The notes under the pieces are model-generated. The model was not told the origin of the DNA, searched no databases, and saw only the letters and a list, made by a program, of their open reading frames with translations. A stretch of 64,000 nucleotides of DNA, from NCBI GenBank assembly GCA_041651395.1, contig JBAZJI010000001.1, positions 25,169 through 89,168 of the forward strand, given 5' to 3'. Origin of the DNA: Minisyncoccota bacterium. GTDB lineage: Bacteria > Patescibacteriota > Minisyncoccia > Minisyncoccales > JAGOPM01. Below, piece after piece: positions 8,571-17,159 of this stretch. Position 1 is the first letter of the stretch. Each line of letters starts with the position of its first letter. Made by a program: the position numbers and the translations under genes.

Positions 8571-9830
8571 ATGAGCATTTTGCTAAAAAATGTAATCTTT
8601 AATGATAAAGAAACGGATTTATTGGTAGAGGGCAATCTGATTAAAAAGATTAGTAAGGGAATCAATGCTAAAGCTGGCGACAAAATAGATTGTAAAGGCA
8701 GCAAGGCAATAATACCCGGGCTTTATAATATGCATACACATGCCGCCATGTCTTTACTGCGCGGTTTTGCCGATGATATGCCTTTAATGGATTGGCTGCA
8801 GAACAAAATTTGGCCCTTAGAAGAAAAGCTGAGCGAAGATGATGTTTATTGGGGGAGCAAGCTGGCATTTTTGGAAATGGTGCGAACGGGCACGATATTT
8901 TTTAATGACATGTATTTTTTTCCCGAGGCCAGCGTTCGGGCGGCCGAGGAGATGGGCCTGCGCGCCTTGATTGGTTTGGTAGTTTTTGGCGGGTCAAAAT
9001 TGAGCAATCCTAAAACCGCGCAGGCTAATTTAGCAAAATTTCGCAAGATGGGGCTTAAGACTACGCAATTCGCTATCGCGCCCCACGCTATTTATACAGT
9101 CGGGGCCGAGGAGCTAAAGTGGTGTGCCCAGTTTGCCCAAAAAGAGAAAATTTTATTGCATACCCACTTATCAGAAACCAACACAGAGGTGGAGGACTGT
9201 CTGAAGCAGAACAATAAGCGGCCAGTTCAGTATTTAGATTCACTGGGGCTTTTGGGCGGTCAGAGTATTTTGGCGCACAGTGTGTATTTGGACAAAAAAG
9301 AAAAGGAAATTTTAGGTCAAAGAGGTTGTACGGTAATCAATAACCAAAGTAGTAATTTCAAATTAGCCGTTGGAGAAATAATGGACATATCCGGGCTAAA
9401 GGGGGCGGGAGCCAATATAACAATTGGTACGGATGGGGCTTCAAGCAATAATAATTTGGATATGATGCAGGAAATGAAAATATCAGCCTTGGCTCAAAAG
9501 CATAAACAAAAAGATGCGACGGCTTATCCGGCTAAAGAGGTTTTACAGGCAGCCACTAAAAATGGTGCTAAGGCTGCAGGCTTAAATGGGGGAGAGATAA
9601 AAGAAGGAAAATTAGCAGATTTTGTTTTGCTGGATTTGAATAAAGTTCCTTTAGTGCCCGGATTTAATATCGAGTCCGATATTGTTTATGCAGCAGCGGG
9701 AGATACGGTCAGCGATGTTATTATTAATGGGCAAGAAATTTTACGGGACGGATTTTTTGTCAGCGAGAATGAAAATTTGATTAAGAAAAAGGCCAAAATC
9801 GTGGCTCATAATTTAGTTTCAAAAAGATGA
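8571..9830 (+). CDS. mtaD: 5-methylthioadenosine/S-adenosylhomocysteine deaminase-type amidohydrolase
   Basis: NMHTHAAMSLLRGFADDMPLMDWL metal-binding motif, HLSET, GTDGASSNN. About 420 aa. ATG at 8571 lies 6 nt after TATAAT (8559-8564); the TTG at 8556 is inside the terminator. Confidence 0.85.
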   Translation: MSILLKNVIFNDKETDLLVEGNLIKKISKGINAKAGDKIDCKGSKAIIPGLYNMHTHAAMSLLRGFADDMPLMDWLQNKIWPLEEKLSEDDVYWGSKLAFLEMVRTGTIFFNDMYFFPEASVRAAEEMGLRALIGLVVFGGSKLSNPKTAQANLAKFRKMGLKTTQFAIAPHAIYTVGAEELKWCAQFAQKEKILLHTHLSETNTEVEDCLKQNNKRPVQYLDSLGLLGGQSILAHSVYLDKKEKEILGQRGCTVINNQSSNFKLAVGEIMDISGLKGAGANITIGTDGASSNNNLDMMQEMKISALAQKHKQKDATAYPAKEVLQAATKNGAKAAGLNGGEIKEGKLADFVLLDLNKVPLVPGFNIESDIVYAAAGDTVSDVIINGQEILRDGFFVSENENLIKKKAKIVAHNLVSKR

Positions 9831-10135
9831 AGTTTATTTTGGAAAACAAAACCGGATACTCCGCTGCCGTCCTGATGAAAAAGGTTGGTTATGTTTTTGA
9901 TCGGCAAGATGAAATAAAAGGGGAGATGAGCTTTGTCCGGGAACTGGGTGTGGCACGTTATCCACGCCTCCATATTTATTTTAGAGAGTCGGGGCAAAAG
10001 CTAGAATGTAATATTCATTTGGACCAAAACAGAAATTCTTATCACGGGACAACGGCGCACGCCGGGGAATATGATGGTGATTTGGTTCAAGAAGAGGTTA
10101 TTCGGATCCAAGGTATTTTAGGGAGTCTTGAATAA
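9827..10135 (+). CDS. Hypothetical 102-aa protein, start overlaps the mtaD stop (ATGA)
   Basis: ORF with 4-nt overlap to mtaD, followed by a strong terminator. No family recognised. Confidence 0.5.
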   Translation: MKFILENKTGYSAAVLMKKVGYVFDRQDEIKGEMSFVRELGVARYPRLHIYFRESGQKLECNIHLDQNRNSYHGTTAHAGEYDGDLVQEEVIRIQGILGSLE

Positions 10136-10164
10136 AAAAAGGAGGCGATTGCCTCCTTTTTTTA
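10134..10164. terminator. Bidirectional intrinsic terminator between convergent genes
   Basis: A7 run, aggaggc / gcctcct stem with gatt loop, T7 run. Confidence 0.8.
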
Positions 10165-10176
10165 TTGCGGAATGCT

Positions 10177-10962
10177 TTAGTCGTCTAGCTTGGTATTGAT
10201 TTTTTTATTACCAAATGTGTTCTTGAGTGTCTCGCGAGCTTTTTCGATCGCTGTTGAAAAAGCTATTTGAGCCTTATGTATAGCCTCGTTATGGGTATCT
10301 CTAGCATCCTCTAAATTTGAACCGATTTTTTCTACCGCCTTTTTGTCAGCGGAAAATTTTTGGTGAGCGGCTTTGGTAGCGGCTAAGAAGGCAGTCCTGA
10401 CAGTTTTGCTGTCCTTGCCGGCTTGGCAATCGGCTTTGGCTTTAGTAATGGCGTCACCGATAGCCTTTTTATACGCTTCTAATAAGGTGCTTATTTTGTT
10501 TTTGCGGGCAGTTAGAGCGGTATTAACGGCCTTGCGATAGGCTTCATTGGCAGTATCAATAGCGGCGCGCCTGGCGGTTACGGCCTCAGCTACAGCTTTT
10601 TGATAAGCAGCAATTGCATCTTTTTTGGCTTGGGTATCGGCCTTGCCTAAAAGTTTTTCAAATTTGCTGTCACTATTTTTATCCCAGTTTTTGCGTTTGT
10701 CGGCTAACTTCGTATCGTTATACGAGCGGCGCTGATCAAGTTTTTTTTGGTTTTCATTTTGGTTTTGCAGAGCGCGGTCATTTTTTTCCTGCAAACCATT
10801 TTGGATTTTGATATCCTGTTCTATAATTTTGGCACAAAAACTTTTGGCCTTGCCGGTCGGCGGGGTAGTGGTTGCTGTGGAAGTGCTTTGCGCTGCGGCA
10901 AAATTGCCCAGGGCAAAGGTTGTGATAGCGCCAGCAATAAGCGCTTTGTGTATTTTATTCAT
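10177..10962 (-). CDS. Secreted Ala/Lys-rich coiled-coil protein
   Basis: Signal peptide (ALIAGAITTFALGNFAAAQ). The rest is helical and repetitive (AAYQKAVAEAV..., EAYRKAVNTAL..., EAYKKAIGDAI...). Confidence 0.6.
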   Translation of the reverse strand: MNKIHKALIAGAITTFALGNFAAAQSTSTATTTPPTGKAKSFCAKIIEQDIKIQNGLQEKNDRALQNQNENQKKLDQRRSYNDTKLADKRKNWDKNSDSKFEKLLGKADTQAKKDAIAAYQKAVAEAVTARRAAIDTANEAYRKAVNTALTARKNKISTLLEAYKKAIGDAITKAKADCQAGKDSKTVRTAFLAATKAAHQKFSADKKAVEKIGSNLEDARDTHNEAIHKAQIAFSTAIEKARETLKNTFGNKKINTKLDD

Positions 10963-10969
10963 ATTTATT

Positions 10970-11701
10970 TTATATGGTTATTTCTTCGTATTGATTAAGC
11001 GATTGGTCTTGGGCAATTATGGCATCAATATAGGAGCCTTCTTCAGAAATTATCCCATCTTCAATATAAATATCATTAAGAAGATTATCTATTTCTGATA
11101 TTTCATCGGCTGAATATGGGCTTGGCGCCATGGCAGTCATTAGCATTTGGGGTGCGGCCTCGGAGGTAGCTATGCTATTTGCAGAAACGTCAGTCGGGGC
11201 ATCTTGGGCTGGTGAGGGGAACGCTTCTCCCGCGGACTTTTCCATTTTAGCCAGTGGCTCGATACTGGAAGTGTCTGCTTGGTCAGTAACAAAGTTATCG
11301 CTAACTTTTGGCAAAATCGGCCTTTGGGGGATATTTAATATCCATAAGCCGGCTACCACCAGGCAGAGAGCCAGTACAGGGGCCAACTTATACTGCCAGC
11401 TTAAATTCTGAAATCCCGCAGCTATGTTGGAAAAAATATCATCACCTTCTTTATTGGTATTACGGTTAGTTGTTTTGTTTGTGACAGGAGATTGGTCAAT
11501 CCCCAAAAGTATTTTTTTCAAGTGTTCTGGATCGGCTTTAGATTCTTGGGCCGAGGCCAAGATGGCCCGCGTAATGCGGCCCATCTCTTGGCACTCAGCT
11601 TTACTAATACCCAAAACAGAGGATATTTGATCCTCGGTTTTGCCTTGCAAATGAAGGGCGATAAACTCATCAATAATATTTTCGCGGTTTATTCCGGGCA
11701 T
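10970..11701 (-). CDS. Single-pass membrane protein with an N-terminal sigma-region-4-like HTH and an acidic C-terminal tail
   Basis: N-terminus IALHLQGKTEDQISSVLGISKAECQEMGR resembles a sigma70 region 4/LuxR-type HTH. TM segment YKLAPVLALCLVVAGLWIL. Only 7 nt upstream of the coiled-coil gene. Confidence 0.5.
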   Translation of the reverse strand: MPGINRENIIDEFIALHLQGKTEDQISSVLGISKAECQEMGRITRAILASAQESKADPEHLKKILLGIDQSPVTNKTTNRNTNKEGDDIFSNIAAGFQNLSWQYKLAPVLALCLVVAGLWILNIPQRPILPKVSDNFVTDQADTSSIEPLAKMEKSAGEAFPSPAQDAPTDVSANSIATSEAAPQMLMTAMAPSPYSADEISEIDNLLNDIYIEDGIISEEGSYIDAIIAQDQSLNQYEEITI

Positions 11702-11750
11702 GGAATCGTATAAATTAATACGTTAATTTCAGCCATTTGTGACAATTAAC

Positions 11751-11948
11751 TCAATTTTTTTGAAAGAGCATATAAATCCCCCAAAGGCCCGAGACGCCGA
11801 TTAGGGAATAGACGGCGGCTACCGGGATATAACCCATACACAGGGCGGGGATGAGCTTAATACTGATGACGGTTAAGCCGATATGCAGTGCGCCCAGGAC
11901 CATCAGAAATGTGGCAAAAATATTTATCAGTCTGATTAGCAATTTCAT
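11751..11948 (-). CDS. Small two-TM membrane protein (DUF378-like)
   Basis: 65 aa. VLGALHIGL and VYSLIGVSGLWGIY resemble the DUF378 pattern. 1 nt after the hydrolase gene. Confidence 0.45.
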   Translation of the reverse strand: MKLLIRLINIFATFLMVLGALHIGLTVISIKLIPALCMGYIPVAAVYSLIGVSGLWGIYMLFQKN

Positions 11949-11949
11949 A

Positions 11950-12714
11950 TCAGTTCAAAATAAAGTTTATCATCTTATCGAAATATTGGGCGAGCAATTC
12001 TTGCTCGAGCAGTTTATGGTCGCCATGGGCCACTTTGATTACTTGCTCACTAGGGAGGCGGTCATTGCAAGTAATAGGCACATCTAAGTCAACGTCGCCA
12101 TGCACTACCAAATATTGTTCAGGCTTCAGAGCCAAAATGGCATCTTGAAAATCATCTTCGCCATTTTCGATATTCAATTTTTTCGGGATACCCGAAATTT
12201 CTTCTCTGGTTTGGCGGATTTTTTGGTATTCTTCTTCGGGGAAGTAGGTTTGCCAATTTAGCCAATTAAGCTCCCGGCCATGGTAAAAGCCGCATCGCCA
12301 ACGTAAGATGGTTTTTATATTAAGCCCGGGAGCGTGCAAAAATATTTTGGATATTTTGCCGGGATTATCGGCCATATATTTGGCTGCCACAGCCGCACCC
12401 AGCGAGCGGGCAAAAACTATAATTTGGTTATTTTCGGGAACGAGATTATTGATGAAATATTCGACGTCGTGGGTCCCATTGGTGATGGTAAATTCGGAGA
12501 ATTTTCCCGAAGACATACCACAGCCCATAAAGTCGATTTTTAAGATATTGGCAGTCTCACCAATTTTTGCGCAGATTTTTTCTACCATCGGATGATTGGT
12601 AGAACTGGATTTTAAGCCATGAAGGAAAACGATGGTTTTAGCCGCGCCATTATCATACCAAAGGCTGCGGATTTCTGCGCCCAATTCGTTTTTGAAGAAT
12701 ATCTCTTTTTGCAT
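11950..12714 (-). CDS. Alpha/beta-fold hydrolase
   Basis: VFLHGL oxyanion region, nucleophile elbow ARSLGA, C-terminal HGDHKL. Confidence 0.65.
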   Translation of the reverse strand: MQKEIFFKNELGAEIRSLWYDNGAAKTIVFLHGLKSSSTNHPMVEKICAKIGETANILKIDFMGCGMSSGKFSEFTITNGTHDVEYFINNLVPENNQIIVFARSLGAAVAAKYMADNPGKISKIFLHAPGLNIKTILRWRCGFYHGRELNWLNWQTYFPEEEYQKIRQTREEISGIPKKLNIENGEDDFQDAILALKPEQYLVVHGDVDLDVPITCNDRLPSEQVIKVAHGDHKLLEQELLAQYFDKMINFILN

Positions 12715-12842
12715 GCATTAATTATAGCAGATAAGTGTATTCTTAAAATATTGTTTATGTTTAGAAAATATATTTACTAATGAGTCAATATGGTTGGAAG
12801 GGGCTGTTTTTGTTATTATTTTTGCATAACTATAAAGATATT

Positions 12843-15335
12843 ATGGCGGATTTTGACCATACAAAAATTGAGAAGAAATGGCAAAGAAAATGGGCGCAGG
12901 CAAAGATATACAAGGCTGCGGATAAATCCAAAAAACCCAAATACTATGTTTTGGATATGTTCCCGTATCCTTCCGGCTCAGCTATGCATGTGGGGCATTG
13001 CAAAGGATATATTGCCAGCGACGTCATGGCGCGCTTAAAAATGATGCAGGGGTTTAATGTTTTACACCCTATGGGTTGGGATGCTTTTGGTTTGCCGGCG
13101 GAGAATTTTGCCATTAAGAATAAAATTCATCCCGCTAAGGCCGTAGCACAGAATGTGAAAACCTTCAAAAAACAGTTAGGGCTTGTTGGTTTTACCTATG
13201 ATTGGGGCAGGGAGATAAACACAACCGATCCTAATTACTACAAATGGACGCAGTGGCAGTTCAAAAAAATGTTTGAAGCGGGCTTAGTCCGTTCGGTTAT
13301 GGACCCGGTTAATTATTGCCCAAGCTGTAAAACTGTTTTGGCCAATGAAGATGTTGAAGATGGCAAGTGTGAACGCTGTTCAACTGTTATTGAGCGCAAG
13401 CCCATCAGGGAATGGGAAATTTTGATTACCAGATACGCCGATCGTTTGCTTTCCGGCTTAGATAATTTGGACTGGGAGGAGAGTATTTTAGAAATGCAGC
13501 GTAATTGGATAGGGAAATCCGAAGGCGCAGAAATTGCATTCAAAGTAAAGCCAAGCGGAGAAATAAAGATTTTTACTACTAGATTAGACACGATTTTTGG
13601 CTGCACATATTGTGTGGTAGCGCCCGAACATCCAATTTTGGAGTCTGTTAGAAAAGAAATAAGTAATTTACCCCAAGTAGAAGAATATATTAAGGCGTCA
13701 AGGCAGAAATCTGACTTGGAGCGGACCGATTTAATAAAAGAAAAAACCGGAGTGGAGATTAAAGGCATTAAAGCCATTAATCCGTTTACCAAAGAAGAAA
13801 TTCCCGTTTTTGTCGGGGATTATGTTTTGGGTCATTATGGGACTGGCGCAATTATGGCTGTCCCCGCTCATGACGCGCGTGATTTTGAGTTTGCCAAGAA
13901 GCACAATTTGCCAGTTAAGGAAGTAGTTTTGGCTACCGGAGTTTCTAAACAAGAAGCGCTGAGTTTAGCTTTTTGTGATGACGGAATTTTATTCGATTCC
14001 AAGGAATTTTCCGGATTGAGATCAGTTGAAGCTAGGCAGAAAATGGCCGAATTTGCGCAAAAGAACGGTTTTGGGCAAAAGACGGTCAATTATAAAATGC
14101 GTGATTGGATTTTTGCCAGGCAAAGATATTGGGGCGAGCCTATTCCTTTGGTTTATTGCCAGCATTGCGCCGATAAAATTAAATCAGGAAAGTACAAAAA
14201 GGGAGAGTTTAGCATAGGTGAATTAGCCAACCCGGGGTGGATTGCGGTGCCAGATAAAGATTTGCCGATTAAGTTACCAAGTGTCAAAAGTTATGAACCG
14301 GCCGGGGATGGGCAATCACCTTTGGCTAATATTAAATCTTTTGTAGAAACCAAATGCCCCAAATGCAAAGGCAAGGCCAGGCGCGAAACTAATACTATGC
14401 CACAGTGGGCGGGCAGTTGTTGGTACTATTTGCGTTATATTGACCCGAAGAACCAAAAGGCTTTCGCTGATTTGAAGAAAGAAAAATATTGGTCGCCGGT
14501 TGATCTCTATATTGGAGGAGCTGAGCATGCTACGCGCCATTTACTTTATGCGCGGTTTTGGCACAAATTTTTGTTTGATATCAAAGCTGTAAATTACCCA
14601 GAACCTTTTAAGAAACTGCAACATGTAGGTTTGATCCTGGGCGCCGACAACCAAAAAATGAGCAAGCGCTGGAGCAATGTGGTTAACCCGGATGATGTGG
14701 TCAAGGAATACGGCGCAGATGCTTTGAGGCTCTATGAAATGTTTATGGGGCCATTTGGGGAATCAATTGCCTGGAGCCAGCAGGGCGTGGTAGGTTGCAA
14801 AAGATTTTTAGATAAGGTGGTGCGCTTTAAGGGAAACGTCGAAGTAAATAAAAAATTTAAGACAGGGGAGGAAACAGTCCGCAAGCTTCACCAGATAATC
14901 AAAAAAGTCAGTGAGGACATTGAACAATTTAAGTTTAATACCGCTATTGCCGGGCTAATGGGGTTCATGAACGATTGCGCTGACAAAAAAATTGCCCAGA
15001 GTGATTTTTTGGATTTCTTAAAACTTTTGGCACCCTTTGCGCCACATTTGACTGAAGAGTTTTTTCAAGAATCAGTTGGAGGCAAGAAATTCATTTCTAT
15101 TTTCCAGACTACTTGGCCAAAATATGATGCTGCTTTAGCCAAAGAAAGCTCAATTAAAATTCCCGTGCAAATTAACGGTAAAGTTCGCGCGACAATCGAA
15201 GTTTCTCCCGAAGCTAATCAGGCCCAGGTAGAGCTATTGGCAAAGAGTGATGCCAATATCAAAAAGTGGCTAAATCAGAGCATTATCAAGAAGGTAATTT
15301 ACGTCCCTAAAAAAATCTTAAATATAATAATTTAA
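12843..15335 (+). CDS. leuS: Leucyl-tRNA synthetase
   Basis: HIGH (HVGH) and KMSKS (KMSKR) motifs, CP1 editing domain. ATG at 12843 gives the canonical N-terminus MADFDHTKIEKKWQ; the ATG at 12780 would add a hydrophobic 21-aa extension. Confidence 0.95.
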   Translation: MADFDHTKIEKKWQRKWAQAKIYKAADKSKKPKYYVLDMFPYPSGSAMHVGHCKGYIASDVMARLKMMQGFNVLHPMGWDAFGLPAENFAIKNKIHPAKAVAQNVKTFKKQLGLVGFTYDWGREINTTDPNYYKWTQWQFKKMFEAGLVRSVMDPVNYCPSCKTVLANEDVEDGKCERCSTVIERKPIREWEILITRYADRLLSGLDNLDWEESILEMQRNWIGKSEGAEIAFKVKPSGEIKIFTTRLDTIFGCTYCVVAPEHPILESVRKEISNLPQVEEYIKASRQKSDLERTDLIKEKTGVEIKGIKAINPFTKEEIPVFVGDYVLGHYGTGAIMAVPAHDARDFEFAKKHNLPVKEVVLATGVSKQEALSLAFCDDGILFDSKEFSGLRSVEARQKMAEFAQKNGFGQKTVNYKMRDWIFARQRYWGEPIPLVYCQHCADKIKSGKYKKGEFSIGELANPGWIAVPDKDLPIKLPSVKSYEPAGDGQSPLANIKSFVETKCPKCKGKARRETNTMPQWAGSCWYYLRYIDPKNQKAFADLKKEKYWSPVDLYIGGAEHATRHLLYARFWHKFLFDIKAVNYPEPFKKLQHVGLILGADNQKMSKRWSNVVNPDDVVKEYGADALRLYEMFMGPFGESIAWSQQGVVGCKRFLDKVVRFKGNVEVNKKFKTGEETVRKLHQIIKKVSEDIEQFKFNTAIAGLMGFMNDCADKKIAQSDFLDFLKLLAPFAPHLTEEFFQESVGGKKFISIFQTTWPKYDAALAKESSIKIPVQINGKVRATIEVSPEANQAQVELLAKSDANIKKWLNQSIIKKVIYVPKKILNIII

Positions 15336-15337
15336 TT

Positions 15338-17146
15338 ATGTGTGGCATCGTTGCTTATGTCGGCAAAAGGCAAGCCTTTCCTATGCTTCTTTCCGGTTTA
15401 ATCCGGGTCGAGTATCGCGGCTACGATAGCTTCGGCTTTTATGTGCCGCAGGGTGATTCCGGCTTTTTATTCAAAAAAGTCGGAAAAATTTCTGCCTATC
15501 AGGAAGAACTTTCTAAAATGGAAGTTAAAGGCACTTGCGGCCTTGCGCATACCCGTTGGGCCACCACTGGGGATGTGACTGAAATTAATGCCCACCCGCA
15601 CCACGATTGCCACAAAGATTTTTTTCTGGTGCATAATGGCATTATTGAAAATTATAAAGAATTAAAAGACGAATTGCTAAAAGAGGGGCATAAATTTTAT
15701 GGCGAAACCGATACGGAAGTTATCGCGCACTTGATTGAAAAAAATTTTAAGGGAGATTTGTCTGAAGCGGTCAAAGAAACGCTTAAAGTTTTGCGGGGCA
15801 CATATGGTTTAGCCGTGGTTTCTAAAAAAGATCCCGATAAGCTTGTGGTCGCCCGGATTTCTAGCCCTTTGCTGGTGGGTATAATGCCTGATGGTTATAT
15901 TGCCGCTTCTGACCCTTTAGCTGTCATTTCTTATACGGACAAGGTTATCTATTTGGACGATTATGAAATGATGACTTTGACTCCTAACGGAATAATTTCC
16001 CAAAAAGAGAAAGTGGAGCATAAATTGGATATTAACGTGGAAAAAATTTCCAAGGGCGGTTTTGACCACTTTATGCTTAAGGAAATCCACGAGGAGCCGC
16101 AGGCCGTAGAAAATGTCATGCGGGGGCGTGTTTTGGAAAAAGAGGGGACATTCAAATTTGGCGGCTTGGAACTTATCGAAGAGAAACTAAGGGCCGTAAA
16201 GCGGTTGAAACTTTTAGCTTGCGGCACTTCGCACTATGCTTCGATTTTAGGAAAATATTTTTTAGAAGATTATGCCGGTTTACTGGCTGAGGCCGAATTA
16301 GCTTCAGAATTCCGTTATCGGCCCGGGATAGTTTCTCCAGATCTGGGAGCGATTTTTATTTCTCAATCCGGGGAGACGGCCGATACCCTAGGAGCTTTAC
16401 ACGAGCTGAAGAAAAAGGGCATTTTAACTTTGGGGCTTACTAATGTTGTCGGCTCCTCGCAGGCTCGGGAGGCTGATGCGGGAATATACTTTCATGCCGG
16501 CCCGGAAGTGGCAGTCGCTTCGACTAAAGCTTTTGTCGGCCAAGTGACGGCTTTGGCGATGCTGACCACTTTTTTAGCCCGGCAGAGGAAAATGGATTTT
16601 GTTCAGGGTAAAGAAATTGTCGAGGCAATGCAAAGAATCCCCAGCCAAATCCAAGAAATTTTAGAGCAAAAGGAGAAAATAAAAGAACTGGCGGGAAAAT
16701 ATTGCCAATATAAAAATTTCTTTTTCTTGGGACGCAAATACAGTTTCCCGGTAGCTCTGGAAGGCGCGCTAAAACTTAAAGAAATTTCTTATATTCATGC
16801 TGAGGGCGTAGCCGGCGGAGAGATAAAACACGGCCCGCTTTCCCTTATTGATCCTGATTTTATCTCTGTGGCCATCTGCCCCCAAGACAGTGTTTATGAT
16901 AAAATGTTGGTAAATATCGAGGAGATAAAAACACGCAAAGGAAAAGTTTTAGCTATTGCGACTTCAGGGGATAATAGAATAAAAGCTTCAGCCGATAATG
17001 TATTTTACGTGCCCAAAACTTTAGAATTGCTTAATCCGATTTTAAGCATTGTTCCTTTGCATTTATTCGCTTATTATATGGCAGTGAGGCTTAATCGCGA
17101 GGTGGACAAACCCAGAAATCTCGCAAAATCGGTAACCGTGGAATAA
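15338..17146 (+). CDS. glmS: Glutamine--fructose-6-phosphate aminotransferase
   Basis: MCGIV Ntn start, two SIS domains, C-terminal LAKSVTVE. Starts 2 nt after the leuS stop. Confidence 0.95.
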   Translation: MCGIVAYVGKRQAFPMLLSGLIRVEYRGYDSFGFYVPQGDSGFLFKKVGKISAYQEELSKMEVKGTCGLAHTRWATTGDVTEINAHPHHDCHKDFFLVHNGIIENYKELKDELLKEGHKFYGETDTEVIAHLIEKNFKGDLSEAVKETLKVLRGTYGLAVVSKKDPDKLVVARISSPLLVGIMPDGYIAASDPLAVISYTDKVIYLDDYEMMTLTPNGIISQKEKVEHKLDINVEKISKGGFDHFMLKEIHEEPQAVENVMRGRVLEKEGTFKFGGLELIEEKLRAVKRLKLLACGTSHYASILGKYFLEDYAGLLAEAELASEFRYRPGIVSPDLGAIFISQSGETADTLGALHELKKKGILTLGLTNVVGSSQAREADAGIYFHAGPEVAVASTKAFVGQVTALAMLTTFLARQRKMDFVQGKEIVEAMQRIPSQIQEILEQKEKIKELAGKYCQYKNFFFLGRKYSFPVALEGALKLKEISYIHAEGVAGGEIKHGPLSLIDPDFISVAICPQDSVYDKMLVNIEEIKTRKGKVLAIATSGDNRIKASADNVFYVPKTLELLNPILSIVPLHLFAYYMAVRLNREVDKPRNLAKSVTVE

Positions 17147-17159
17147 TATCAAAAATCCT

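Noticed and set aside
12780-12842. Upstream ATG extending leuS by 21 hydrophobic residues. Analogous 5' extensions appear in the ORF track for pth (to 40569), lepB (40483), yqeY (43148), the GH gene (50082), the AbrB gene (63192), mtaD (8556) and the 7967 ORF.
   Set aside because: The extensions are non-conserved. They often overlap terminators, promoters or the upstream gene. The internal ATGs give canonical N-termini.
12715-12842. T-box or other leader upstream of leuS, and likewise upstream of hisS (41248-41254). Also a glmS ribozyme upstream of glmS (15336-15337).
   Set aside because: The leuS leader is 128 nt of AT-rich sequence with no T-box-like conserved core or terminator. hisS and glmS have only 7 and 2 nt of upstream space.
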